64,000 nt of DNA. Source: Candidatus Borrarchaeum weybense (GTDB lineage: Archaea; Asgardarchaeota; Sifarchaeia; Borrarchaeales; Borrarchaeaceae). Below, one piece after another: positions 10,839 to 22,267 of this stretch (its first letter is position 1; every line of letters begins with the position of its first letter). A program made the position numbers and the translations under genes. The stretch is from assembly GCA_019057385.1 (NCBI GenBank), contig JAHQJS010000005.1, positions 128,699-192,698 of the forward strand, in the 5' to 3' direction. The notes beneath the pieces were generated by a model. That model had not been told where the DNA came from, ran no database searches, and worked only from the letters and a program-made list of their open reading frames with translations.

Positions 10839-11813
10839 ATGAGCCCCTTCGTCTCTATCCTTGTTCCTTGCTTAAACGAAGAAAATACTTTGCGTTCTCT
10901 TACAGGACGTGTTGAAAAGACTCTTGCTGGACTACAAAATATTCAATGCGAACTTATCTTTATAGATGATGGAAGTACAGACGAAACGGGGTCAATAATT
11001 GATCAATTAAGTCAAGAAATTCCATGGGTGAAGGCATATCATCATTCAACAACAAAAGGAAAATCTGCAGCCATAATGAACGGTTTTTACCATTCTAAAG
11101 GAAATATCATAATTCTATTAGATGCAGATCTGCAATTCTTTCCTGAAGACATTCCAGCAATCCTTTCAGAAATGACTCAGAAAAAATTAGATATTGTTAA
11201 TGGCTGGAGAAAGGAGCGAAAAGATCCTTTGTCCAGAAGGGCTGCATCTCGTCTCTATAATTCCTTTGCAAGTTCTCTCTTCGGACTAAAGGTTCATGAT
11301 TATAACTGTGGGATCAAAGGTCTAAAACGGGAGGTATTAGAATCCTTCAGATTAAGAAAAGGATATCATCGTTATATACTGGCCCTTGCAAAGCATCACG
11401 GGTTTCGTATAGGCGAAGTAGTAGTTCAACATGCCCCTCGCCCGTATGGAAAGTCTAGATACCGAACTAGTCGACTATTTGCAGGATTTGTGGATTTGAT
11501 GAGTTTAAAACTTCAATTCATGTTTATGGAGCGCCCCATGTCACTGTTTGGCGTGCTTGGCGCATTTATCTTCCTCCTCGGTCTTATTTCTGGAGCTTAT
11601 CTTGTATATCTTTGGTTTCTTGAAGGCGGTATTGGTACACGACCACTTCTCTTCCTTACAGTCCTCTTACTTGTTGCAGGCATTCAGTTTTTCTCATTTG
11701 GATTTTTAGCTGACGCAATTGCATCTTTAAAAACAGACGTTGATTATCTTAATCAATTAGTCATACAGAGGAAAGAAGAAAACACAAAAGGTCAATCACC
11801 CCCTAACAAGTGA
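10839..11813 (+). CDS. GT2 glycosyltransferase (ArnC/dolichol-phosphate type) with two C-terminal TM helices
   Basis: VPCLNEE, IDDGSTD, LDADLQ, HDYNCGIK; stop codon lies inside the adjacent element. Confidence 0.92.
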   Translation: MSPFVSILVPCLNEENTLRSLTGRVEKTLAGLQNIQCELIFIDDGSTDETGSIIDQLSQEIPWVKAYHHSTTKGKSAAIMNGFYHSKGNIIILLDADLQFFPEDIPAILSEMTQKKLDIVNGWRKERKDPLSRRAASRLYNSFASSLFGLKVHDYNCGIKGLKREVLESFRLRKGYHRYILALAKHHGFRIGEVVVQHAPRPYGKSRYRTSRLFAGFVDLMSLKLQFMFMERPMSLFGVLGAFIFLLGLISGAYLVYLWFLEGGIGTRPLLFLTVLLLVAGIQFFSFGFLADAIASLKTDVDYLNQLVIQRKEENTKGQSPPNK

Positions 11814-12199
11814 GGGGGCTTGTTCCGTGAGGAACAAGAGTAATTGGTTGATTAGCCTAAGAGAGGTCGTGGTGGAACACACATGACGGTATCTACGTTA
11901 TCAGGAGAGTTAAAGAACACACCAAGGGATGCTTCTCTAGTCCCGTGCTCTGTAAACGGTGGTTTAAACAGAGAGGAAACTCTCAGTGATCATCGTAGAG
12001 TACTGACTGATAACCTTGGCGAAGAGAACCTACTCCCCTGGTGTTGGGAGCGGCGGGACTTGCGAGTACCCGTTATTAAAACACCACCCGAGGTTGGGTA
12101 CACCAACCCCTGTCTTCGCAGAAAGGGTTGTGTGAGCAACGCTCGACCTCAATTCATGTATCCCCCCAACAAGTTGAGGGGTCTTCTTGCGAGGTAGTT
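11791..12199 (+). mobile_element. Non-autonomous IS200/IS605 element carrying a stand-alone IscB-type omegaRNA (HEARO-like), no iscB ORF
   Basis: GTCAATCACCCC..GGGGGCTTG, GTTGATTAGCCTAAG, CTACGTT, ACACC-GGATGCTTCTCTAGTCC, TAAACAG..CAGTG, AACCTTGGCGAAGAGA motif series; terminal AATTCAT-hairpin-TTCTTG-N10 then ATAAA. Confidence 0.85.
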
Positions 12200-12218
12200 A
12201 TAAAATGGTCTTCCTTTA

Positions 12219-13535
12219 TCAAATCTCGATAGTTTCTCCAACACGAGGAACAAATGTTTCAACACCCTCCTTTAGCTCCTGAACTCTTTTACTGAAAGCA
12301 AACGCCTTTTCTTTCTCGCCATGTACCACTATAACCCTTTTCAGGCCTTCTATTTCTGAAAGAATGCGCATGAGCCCGGCCTGATCGGCATGTGCACTAA
12401 ATTCAAAATGGTGTACTTTCGCGTTTATTTCTACTTTTTCACCGTCGATTTCTAATACACGTTCGCCTTCTTGAAGTTGACGACCTCGCGTTCCTTTTAC
12501 CATGTATCCAGTAAGACAAATGAGGTTTCGTTCATCATCTCCTAACTCTTTGAGATAACGTATTACCGGACCGCCTTGTACCATCCCGCTTGTTGTGATA
12601 ACAATAGCAGGTTGTTTTGTATTAATAAACTCGTCACGTTCAGAGGACGTTACTTCATGAAACATCTCAGATTCCCATGGTGACCTCTTAGTATATCTTA
12701 TTTGTCGGCGAATTTCAGGACGAAGATATAGCCAATATAACTTGTAGATTTCGTTCATTTTTCTTATCATTCCATCGATATAAACTGGCACTTCAGGTAA
12801 GAATCCGCTTCTCATGTAGGCCTCGATGGAGAGCATCGCCTGTTGAGCTCGTCCTGCCGCAAAAGCTGGAATAATGACTTTTCCTTGCCTCTTTAATGTG
12901 TTCTTAACAGCGAGTGCAAATTCTTTTTCGGTCTTTTTAAGATTGGGTAAACGATCATTAGGGTCACCATAAGTAGATTCAATAATCACAGTCTCTGTTG
13001 GTAAGGTGCTATCAGCTTGGTGAAGTGTTCTTGTATGGCGCGCGTTTACATCACCTGTGTAAAGAACAGTGTGCCCATCTATTTCTAGCCAAACCATGGC
13101 GCTCCCTAGAAGATGCCCTGAACGATATAAGATCATTTGTGCATTCGATACATCTAAAGGTACTCTGAATCGGACATCAACGGCATGAGATCTCATAGCT
13201 TGAACATCTTCTGCCTCATATGGACTTTCTTCGTGAGCTCTAGAAAGACGAAGATAATCGAAAACTAGCAGTTCAGTCATATCTTGTGTCACAGGCGTGG
13301 CGTAAATCGGACATTTGTATCGTTTTATGAGTGCAGGAGCGTGCCCAGAGTGATCTAAATGTGCATGTGTTAAGATCACAGCGTCTGGAGTATCAGGTAG
13401 CGGAAGAGGGTATCTATTTTCATCAGAAGCACCTAAATGCACACCAGCATCAAGAACTAACTTTGTGTCTTTGCTTTCCACAAATACACACGATCTACCG
13501 ACCTCTTGCGCTCCTCCTTGAAATGTAATGTTCAT
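12219..13535 (-). CDS. MBL-fold beta-CASP ribonuclease (archaeal CPSF-like, no KH domains)
   Basis: GGAQEVGRSC, THAHLDHSG, GHLLGSA, YTGD, ESTYG, FSAHAD, VHGE. Confidence 0.92.
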   Translation of the reverse strand: MNITFQGGAQEVGRSCVFVESKDTKLVLDAGVHLGASDENRYPLPLPDTPDAVILTHAHLDHSGHAPALIKRYKCPIYATPVTQDMTELLVFDYLRLSRAHEESPYEAEDVQAMRSHAVDVRFRVPLDVSNAQMILYRSGHLLGSAMVWLEIDGHTVLYTGDVNARHTRTLHQADSTLPTETVIIESTYGDPNDRLPNLKKTEKEFALAVKNTLKRQGKVIIPAFAAGRAQQAMLSIEAYMRSGFLPEVPVYIDGMIRKMNEIYKLYWLYLRPEIRRQIRYTKRSPWESEMFHEVTSSERDEFINTKQPAIVITTSGMVQGGPVIRYLKELGDDERNLICLTGYMVKGTRGRQLQEGERVLEIDGEKVEINAKVHHFEFSAHADQAGLMRILSEIEGLKRVIVVHGEKEKAFAFSKRVQELKEGVETFVPRVGETIEI

Positions 13536-13695
13536 TAAATCAACAGCCTCCATTCTTACTTTAAATGGCTTCATATAAAACAGTAATGAGTTAAATGAAA
13601 AAGTCAATCACTTTTATTTGTCAACTATAATATAATTATTAAAGGGATATTTAGAAAAAAAGATTTAGATAAAAATCGACTTATCTAAGAAACCG

Positions 13696-14442
13696 TTAGT
13701 GTAGGGCATCTGCAACATCTTGAAAAAGGTATGCGTTAGATTCTTTAAGTAAGACTTTAGGAACAAGTAGATATCGATCTACCTGGAGACAAAGATCTAT
13801 ATCCCTTTCATATCCCAAGCGCTTCAATTTAGCGCCTTCTGCGGAATTCTTTATTAAATTGTTAATATTGTCTTTATTTCTTTCATAACTTTCTGATGCT
13901 AATTTCGCATCTTCATCAAGAATGCATCCCTTCTCACCCAATTTAGAAGCTATAAGTCCTGCAGCGAGCCAATCTTCGCATTCCTCTATTGGACCACATG
14001 CTATAAGTACTATATCCAAATTCGTTTGTTTTGCTATGGTATATGCTGTTGCAGATACAGCAGAGGCGTTTAAAAAACCACCAACTAGTATATGCTCTGA
14101 ATTTCCCACACTGTGTATTATTCGAGTTCCGTTGGAAGTCGTAAGGACGAGAAATTTTTGAGAAACTGAATTTTCTAAGATTTCAATGGGTGAATTGCCA
14201 TGATCAAATCCTGACACCTTTTTATAATCCCGTTCTCCAGCTAAGATACAGTTTTCAATGCGATCTTTCAAAAGCCATACTGTATCAAGATCTGGAGCTG
14301 CATATACTCCTTTTGCTCCTGCCGCTAAACTACAGGTAATCATAGTACCTGCACGGATAACATCTACAATAATATACACAGCGTTTTTCTTTTCCAATTC
14401 AATAGAATTTTCCATTCCGAATAAATGAACTTCAGGTTTCAT
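13696..14442 (-). CDS. comB: ComB-family (2-phosphosulfolactate) phosphatase
   Basis: IVDVIRA, LAGER, FDHGNSP, LTTSNGT, EDWLAAG; ATG 14442 after AGGTGA. Confidence 0.88.
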   Translation of the reverse strand: MKPEVHLFGMENSIELEKKNAVYIIVDVIRAGTMITCSLAAGAKGVYAAPDLDTVWLLKDRIENCILAGERDYKKVSGFDHGNSPIEILENSVSQKFLVLTTSNGTRIIHSVGNSEHILVGGFLNASAVSATAYTIAKQTNLDIVLIACGPIEECEDWLAAGLIASKLGEKGCILDEDAKLASESYERNKDNINNLIKNSAEGAKLKRLGYERDIDLCLQVDRYLLVPKVLLKESNAYLFQDVADALH

Positions 14443-14517
14443 TAAACGATTCACCTTTTTGTTTTATAAAATCACAAAAAAAGCGGATACTAAACGTGAA
14501 TTTAATTGTGATTAACA

Positions 14518-14604
14518 CTACGACGACGAGGAGGACGAGGATGACGACAAACTACTTAAAACTAATAATGTTGAAGAAATAGAAGTCAACCTCTTTGTTA
14601 TCAT
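14518..14604 (-). CDS. Putative 28-aa serine-rich leader peptide MITKRLTSISSTLLVLSSLSSSSSSSSS
   Basis: ATG..TAG ORF with nine consecutive Ser codons (TCG/TCA/TCC mix), upstream TTTTATAAA box, 75 bp upstream of comB. Confidence 0.55.
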   Translation of the reverse strand: MITKRLTSISSTLLVLSSLSSSSSSSSS

Positions 14605-14911
14605 ATTATCACATCATCTTGTAAGGCAAGTACTACTGTCATCTTTTATAAAATTTTCTAAAGATACCTTTTCGAGATTTTATCTTAAAATATGATTTGC
14701 TGGAACACTTATTGCTACTATGTGGTATTAAAACAACATATTTTCTTCTTAAAGACACTCTTAGTATCATAAAAGTGTTTTATTTAAATAAAGCTTCAAA
14801 AAGTAATCTTTAAGAGCATTAAATAAACACCAAAATAAATTGAGGGGTAAATAGTGGATCCAGGCAGACCTTGGCTATGGTGAGCCTTACAAAAATTGCT
14901 TTATTGGAAAC

Positions 14912-16045
<1,134 letters not shown>

Positions 16046-16168
16046 TTATAGTTTTTTTATCTTCCTAAAGATATGCATTCCACATTATCAGATATATGTC
16101 AATAGAAGAGTGATACAATCATTTTTGCTTTAAGAGAATTTCTATTTCAAATGCTAATTAGAATTGGG

Positions 16169-16594
16169 TTAAATATCCAGAACAAACTGTAAGCGAACAT
16201 GAGACTCTTTTTTTTGTATTTGCATCTCAGCATAGGTGATTGCCTTAACTTCTGTTCCTTGTGAATGTTTATCTATATCGAACGCTTCACCCCAGACGTC
16301 TCCTGTAAGATACCATTCAGCATTTTTCAGTTCTATTTTGTGCACTTTAAACCTTGAAAATACTAAGCCATCCGCGTCAAACAAGACAATCAATGCTTCT
16401 AGCCATTCATATAAAAGAGCAAAAAGATCCTCGCCAGTTACAGTAACTGATCTCTTCTCTTTCGCCTCTACCTTTGATATTTCGGTCATAATCTCTGTTA
16501 GCGCTTGACCAGCGACTTCAAAAGTTTCTTCAAGTGAACTTCCGAGTACTTCAAATTTTACATCAGCAGTATGATCCAATATATTATAAGTCAT
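16169..16594 (-). CDS. Archease
   Basis: LDHTADV N-terminus, EVKAITY, VLDI C-terminus; divergent from rtcB. Confidence 0.95.
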   Translation of the reverse strand: MTYNILDHTADVKFEVLGSSLEETFEVAGQALTEIMTEISKVEAKEKRSVTVTGEDLFALLYEWLEALIVLFDADGLVFSRFKVHKIELKNAEWYLTGDVWGEAFDIDKHSQGTEVKAITYAEMQIQKKESHVRLQFVLDI

Positions 16595-16934
16595 AACAAC
16601 ACCTTGAGGAACTTCACTTCTTTAGGCGTATAATTTACGCATTTATCATTCTTGTTTGGTATACATCCCCTATTTTTTCTTCTTCGACATTTAATAACTC
16701 ATTCAATTTCAACTGAAATTCATAAGTAATTATATACGTTTCACTCAGATGTGCTTTGAACCTTATAGGGACTCTAGCCATCAACAGAATGCTTATATAA
16801 GGACACGCTTCTCATAAAAAAGAATGTTTGGTATATGAACAGTTCTCCCCAGAAAATTGGAGGAATCAAATAAAGAGTTTCTTAATACTTGAATAAGATT
16901 TATTGTAATTATTGAATTTACGCGAGGTTATGAA

Positions 16935-18392
16935 ATGCCATATCAAGGTCCATTAAACCAGATTTCGGAAAACATTTACGAAATTCCTATCAAACATAAA
17001 CAAGGGATGAGAGTTCCAGGAAGAGTTTATGCTAGTCCTGAACTTCTAGAAAAAATGAAGGGTGATCTTACACTTACACAGTGTGTAAATGTAGCGCATC
17101 TACCAGGGATACAAAAGTTTGCGATTACCTTGCCCGATGGTCATCAGGGCTACGGCTTTCCTATTGGTGGTGTGGGTGCTACTGACGTAAATGAAGGAGG
17201 CGTTATTTCCCCTGGAGGCGTTGGCTATGATATTAACTGTGGTGTACGTCTACTTTGGACGACTCTTGAAAGAAAGGAGGTCGAGCCTAAGTTAGATGAC
17301 CTCTTATCAACACTCTTTAGGACAGTCCCCTCTGGTGTTGGGAGGACGGGACAAATACGTTTTTCAAAAGGAGAATTAGATGAGGCATTACTTGGGGGAG
17401 TAAAATGGGCTGTTGAGCAAGGATATGGATGGCGTATAGATGCAAGTCATTGTGAAAGCCAAGGATCTCTTGAACACGCAAATCCTGACAAGATTAGTGA
17501 AAAAGCAAAAAGTCGTGGACAACCTCAATTAGGTACATTAGGTAGTGGAAATCATTTCCTTGAGCTTCAATATGTAGAGAAAATCTATGATGAACGCATA
17601 GCTAAAGCTTTTGGTATAACTAATGAAGGACAAGTCACAGTAATGATTCATACAGGATCACGTGGATTTGGACATCAAGTTTGTTCAGATTATCTTCGTG
17701 TTATGGAAAATGCAGTGAGAAAGTATAAAATAATGATTCCTGATAGAGAACTGGCATGTGCGCCTGGGACGAGTAGAGAAGGTGAAGATTATTTTGCCGC
17801 GATGGCATGTGCAGCTAACTTTGCATGGGCAAATAGACAGTTCATCACTCATTGGGTAAGAGAAGGATTTGATAAATGGTATAAAACAGACCCCGACGAA
17901 CTTGGACTTCAACTTATTTATGATGTAGCACATAATATTTGCAAACAGGAACGTCATGTCATTGATGGTAAAACAAAATCACTGTTTGTTCATCGAAAAG
18001 GTGCAACACGAGCATTTCCAGCAGGTCACACCGATCTTCCGCAAGATTATAAACCTATTGGCCAGCCAGTAATTCTACCTGGCTCGATGGGTACGGCATC
18101 ATATCTACTTTGTGGACAAGATACTGCAATGGAATATAGTTTCGGTAGTACTGCACATGGCGCTGGACGAGTTATGAGTAGATATAAGGCAAAAAAGAGA
18201 TATTTCGGAGAGAAAGTTGCTAGTGATTTAAGGCAGAGAGGAATATTTGTATATGCCACAAGTAACAAAGTAATCGCAGAAGAGGCACCAGGGGCATATA
18301 AAGATATTAATCAAGTTGCCAAAGTCTCTAATGACGTAGGGATCGCATCTTTTGTTTGTAAATTACGTCCTATGGGTGTTGTAAAGGGATAA
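16935..18392 (+). CDS. rtcB: tRNA-splicing ligase RtcB
   Basis: LPDGHQGYGFPIGG, GYDINCG, GTLGSGNHF, HTGSRG, HRKGAT, STAHGAGR, EEAPGAYK. Confidence 0.98.
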   Translation: MPYQGPLNQISENIYEIPIKHKQGMRVPGRVYASPELLEKMKGDLTLTQCVNVAHLPGIQKFAITLPDGHQGYGFPIGGVGATDVNEGGVISPGGVGYDINCGVRLLWTTLERKEVEPKLDDLLSTLFRTVPSGVGRTGQIRFSKGELDEALLGGVKWAVEQGYGWRIDASHCESQGSLEHANPDKISEKAKSRGQPQLGTLGSGNHFLELQYVEKIYDERIAKAFGITNEGQVTVMIHTGSRGFGHQVCSDYLRVMENAVRKYKIMIPDRELACAPGTSREGEDYFAAMACAANFAWANRQFITHWVREGFDKWYKTDPDELGLQLIYDVAHNICKQERHVIDGKTKSLFVHRKGATRAFPAGHTDLPQDYKPIGQPVILPGSMGTASYLLCGQDTAMEYSFGSTAHGAGRVMSRYKAKKRYFGEKVASDLRQRGIFVYATSNKVIAEEAPGAYKDINQVAKVSNDVGIASFVCKLRPMGVVKG

Positions 18393-18478
18393 CAAAACTC
18401 AAAAGTCCTAATTCCAATAATAAAACATTCTCAAGACCTTTTAATTCTAAAAATCAATAGTAGTTAATGCCATTCAAA

Positions 18479-18745
18479 CTAGGGTTTTGGGATATATTTT
18501 CGAACAGTTGCAATTGAATTATCTGAAACTCCACTAGTTTTCATACTCTCTTCGTTTACCCATACTTCCATTTCTGGAGTATCTGCATTACTGTTTGCAG
18601 TAAAATAAAAACGCTTCTTTTTTGTAACAACAAGTTCTATTTCATCATCTTCGGCTATCCCAAGTTCTTCCATAAGAGTTGGATGAAGTAATGCCTTTTT
18701 GGGAGGAATATCCTTTAAGTATACACGTATACGCTTTTGTTGCAC
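18479..18745 (-). CDS. Small protein resembling the CDC48 N-terminal double-psi barrel
   Basis: ALLHPTLMEELGIAEDDEIELV pattern; GTG start after GAGGG. Confidence 0.55.
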   Translation of the reverse strand: MQQKRIRVYLKDIPPKKALLHPTLMEELGIAEDDEIELVVTKKKRFYFTANSNADTPEMEVWVNEESMKTSGVSDNSIATVRKYIPKP

Positions 18746-18807
18746 AGTTCAACCCTCGCTAATTTGTAGAATTAAACTACCTTAAATAATTATGTTATGA
18801 ATAGTTA

Positions 18808-21807
18808 TTGCAAGTTATCCAAAAGCTTGGTGAAAAACTGGTGTACAATGAACTCAACTATGAAGTCGTCAAAAGCCTTAAAGCATGGATAAAATTCATT
18901 TCAAAGGTTATTTTTGTCACTGATCGAAAAACTAAAACTGAATTTATCGTCTTTTTAATCGCTAAACTCATTTCTATCCAAACATTAGCGGATTTTGGCA
19001 TTATTGATCCACAATGGCTTAAGAATTCGTGGAATTCCTTCAATAAAAAATTGTATTCGAACGGCAAACTTACTGTATTAAAGAAGTTTTTTGAACAAAT
19101 TGATGTACTATTTAGGGAATATTTTCATCGTGATCTGTTTAAGTTAAATATTCTTGAATATATTGACGAGAACGAAGATAATATTGCAATCTTCTATCAA
19201 AACCTGCAATTAGTTCTGGGTCTTAACAATAGCCAAGATTCATCTAGCAAGCTTAAGGGCATAACACAATATAATTATCAACATATCAATGAAAATATCT
19301 TCGGAAAAGTCTATGAAAACTGCCTTACTGAGATACGTCACGAAGAGGGCGTCTACTATACTCCTTCACATATTGTGGAATTTATCGTTGAGAACACTGT
19401 AGGCGAGGTATTTGATCAATATCTCACAGAAATAGAGTTTCAGATGAATGAAAAAAACTTCGAAGAAATAACAAGATTACTTCATAAATTTGTATCATTA
19501 AAAGTCTTAGATCCTTCCTGTGGTTCAGGAGCTTTTCTCATTGAAGTTTTTCGAGTAATAGAAAAGAAATACTCGACGCTTAATCAATTAATTTCGAAAC
19601 TTGAGACGAGATATTATTCATACAGAGGCTACAAACATAAATCTGGTGAAATGGAAATAAAAACTTCAAAAATTAATGAAATGAGAAATATTTTTGGAAC
19701 ACAAGACGAACACAAACTAATATTCAGTATTCCTATAAGACACCTATTTGGAATTGAATTGGATAAAACTGCTCTCAATATAGCCAAGATCAGTATCTTG
19801 CTAGAAACTATAAAACTAGCTTCATCACAACCTGGATTGGAAGAAAGTCTAAGAGAAGGTGGTCATCAGTTTTCTTATTTGGAAATGAATTTTATACATG
19901 GTAATACTGTTGTAGGGCTTCCTAATGAACATATTATTAAACATCTAAAACAAAAGAAATTAGAGATCCGCCAACTTTTTGAGGTAAGGAATTCATATCT
20001 TGCTAATTTTGAAAATCCAAGACCTCTAGTAGACATAGAATGCGTTAAATCAAGTCTAAGAAAAGAACTAGATGAATGTTTCCAAAGATATCTTGAAAAT
20101 CTGAATTTAACTTCAGATATTTTGGAGGATACAATTCCATTATATTGGGCTCTTGAGTTTTGGTATGTTTTTTTCGATCAAGAGGGAATCACTTTAAGCG
20201 AGGGTGATTCAGGTTTTGACATTGTTATAGGTAATCCGCCTTATATCGATTCTGAGACAATGACGAAGATGAGTCCCAATATCAGACATTATTGTGCAAA
20301 ACAATATGTAAGCGCGTCTGGCAATTGGGATTTATTCTGTGTATTTATCGAAAAGGGAATTACACATACTAAGAAAGATGGATATTTTAGCTATATTATC
20401 CCAAATAAACTTCTCGCTGCTGAGTATAGCTTAGAAACACAGAAAATACTTGAAAAATATGCTCTCAAGAGGATAAGTGATTATTCAAGAACGAAAGTTT
20501 TTGAGTCAGATACAAGTGTGTATCCCATTGTGATTGTTTTACAAAAATCATCTCCTAAGAGCAATGATATTATCCAAGTAGAGATTATTGAAGAGTCAGA
20601 AGAAAACGAACTCAAATTATCCTCTGAAAACCAAATTACTGTGGAAACGTTTAGGGAACTTCCAAAAGGTTTGTGGTCTCCTTTAGTTAGAGAAAACTTT
20701 CCATTTATTCAAAAGGTTTTGAACATTTCCAACGCTCTTCTTCAACATAGTAAAATTGTTGGAGCTGCCTCTGTTTCAGAGGCGTATAAAATAAAAGAAA
20801 TTTTAAAGGAAACCTCAGAAAGCGAATTTAATCAAAGTAATTTAGCGTTTATAAACACAGGAACCATAGATCGTTATAATGTACTTTGGGGACTTCTACC
20901 AACAAGGTATATTAAAAAAACTTATAGCAAACCTATTGTCAGACGTAGCGATCTTAGAAATATCTCAGAAAAGAGATTAAATGAATCAACTTCTCAAAAA
21001 ATCATTATTGCTGGAATGACACTAAGACTTGAAGCAATATATGACCTAGGCTATCTGGTGGCTGGAAAATCAACTATTCTCGTGCTCCCAAAAGACTTAG
21101 ACTTGAAATTTTTGATAGCGTGTATTAATAGCAAACTGATTAGTTTTATTTATAGAGAACTTTTTGAATCACTGTCATTGCATGGGAGATATCTTCGTAT
21201 CGGTCCCCCTCAAATTTCACGCATTCCCATTCGCCGCATCAATTTTTCCACAGCAACAAACACCCGTAAGGCTCTTTTTGAAGAAGCAAAAAAACTCTAT
21301 AAAAAATATCTAGTAACTAAAGATTACAACATAATCAGCGATTTCATCGAAGATCGTCTACCAAAAGACAAAAAGGGTGATCTAATCATCGAAAATGAAG
21401 AAAGTGACATTATTTATGACATCTTAATTTATTTAGCTGAACAGATAATAGAGCTGAACAAACAGAAAAATGAAGTAATTACAGAATTCATCGAATGGTT
21501 CGAAAAGGAACTAGATACGAAAATTGAGAATATGATTCACAAAAAGAAGTTGATATTTTATTATGATCTTGATTGTAATGAGTTTCTAGACGTTCTGGGA
21601 AAAAATCAAGCTCAAATTCCCATAATACTCTCAGATAGGGCAGTTCAAGATAGTCTAAGGAAAGTGTTTGAAAAAAACCTTGCGATACTTTCCCCTCTGA
21701 TAAATAAACTCAAATTAGTTGATGAACTCATTGACCAAGTCGTTTACAAACTCTATGGGTTAACTGATGAAGAAATTGAGACAGTGGACACTACTATTCC
21801 ACGTTAA
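18808..21807 (+). CDS. N6-adenine DNA methyltransferase, type IIG/Eco57I-like with target recognition domain; N-terminus appears truncated
   Basis: GVYYTP, VLDPSCGSGAFL, FDIVIGNPPY, C-terminal IDQVVYKLYGLTDEEI. Confidence 0.88.
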   Translation: MQVIQKLGEKLVYNELNYEVVKSLKAWIKFISKVIFVTDRKTKTEFIVFLIAKLISIQTLADFGIIDPQWLKNSWNSFNKKLYSNGKLTVLKKFFEQIDVLFREYFHRDLFKLNILEYIDENEDNIAIFYQNLQLVLGLNNSQDSSSKLKGITQYNYQHINENIFGKVYENCLTEIRHEEGVYYTPSHIVEFIVENTVGEVFDQYLTEIEFQMNEKNFEEITRLLHKFVSLKVLDPSCGSGAFLIEVFRVIEKKYSTLNQLISKLETRYYSYRGYKHKSGEMEIKTSKINEMRNIFGTQDEHKLIFSIPIRHLFGIELDKTALNIAKISILLETIKLASSQPGLEESLREGGHQFSYLEMNFIHGNTVVGLPNEHIIKHLKQKKLEIRQLFEVRNSYLANFENPRPLVDIECVKSSLRKELDECFQRYLENLNLTSDILEDTIPLYWALEFWYVFFDQEGITLSEGDSGFDIVIGNPPYIDSETMTKMSPNIRHYCAKQYVSASGNWDLFCVFIEKGITHTKKDGYFSYIIPNKLLAAEYSLETQKILEKYALKRISDYSRTKVFESDTSVYPIVIVLQKSSPKSNDIIQVEIIEESEENELKLSSENQITVETFRELPKGLWSPLVRENFPFIQKVLNISNALLQHSKIVGAASVSEAYKIKEILKETSESEFNQSNLAFINTGTIDRYNVLWGLLPTRYIKKTYSKPIVRRSDLRNISEKRLNESTSQKIIIAGMTLRLEAIYDLGYLVAGKSTILVLPKDLDLKFLIACINSKLISFIYRELFESLSLHGRYLRIGPPQISRIPIRRINFSTATNTRKALFEEAKKLYKKYLVTKDYNIISDFIEDRLPKDKKGDLIIENEESDIIYDILIYLAEQIIELNKQKNEVITEFIEWFEKELDTKIENMIHKKKLIFYYDLDCNEFLDVLGKNQAQIPIILSDRAVQDSLRKVFEKNLAILSPLINKLKLVDELIDQVVYKLYGLTDEEIETVDTTIPR

Positions 21808-21867
21808 GGTAAAAAGACGTTTTTTTTGTAAGGTAAACATACTCAGTCAAAAGAATTTAAGTTAGGC

Positions 21868-22182
21868 TTATTTCTTAGAACGCGATTTCTTTTCTTGAAT
21901 GCGAGTTCTCAATTTTTTAATACCAAGTGCAATCTTTTGGAGTGCTTTGCTCTTTGTATCCTTCTTACTGATTTTTACATAGCCTGGATCTTCCCACCAT
22001 GCCCTGGAGTAATATGCGGAAGAATTTACGATAGGCTCATATTTGAATGCTTGAGCAACAAGATATATTTCCCGAACTGTTGGGTTCTCAACCGCAATCT
22101 TCCGTGAGATTTTACGCCCTTGATTTCTTGTTTTTAAGGCATTAATGTAAGCCGGCCAAATTGTATAAGCATCGTCTTTCAT
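21868..22182 (-). CDS. srp19: Signal recognition particle protein SRP19
   Basis: IWPAYI..KTRNQGRKI..AVENPT..YSRAWW..G. Confidence 0.92.
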   Translation of the reverse strand: MKDDAYTIWPAYINALKTRNQGRKISRKIAVENPTVREIYLVAQAFKYEPIVNSSAYYSRAWWEDPGYVKISKKDTKSKALQKIALGIKKLRTRIQEKKSRSKK

Positions 22183-22267
22183 GAAAACTCCTCAATGATT
22201 ATGTTATTTATAAATTAAAATCATAGCTCTTATATTTTTAATACAAGATTTTTTAAGTTTAAGCTAT

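Noticed and set aside
11883-12197. 104-aa ORF inside the omegaRNA element
   Set aside because: No IscB PLMP/RuvC/HNH motifs; coincides with the RNA scaffold and end hairpin
14518-14695. Plus-strand frame encoding DDEEDEDDD
   Set aside because: Preceded by an in-frame stop with no start codon; complement of the Ser run
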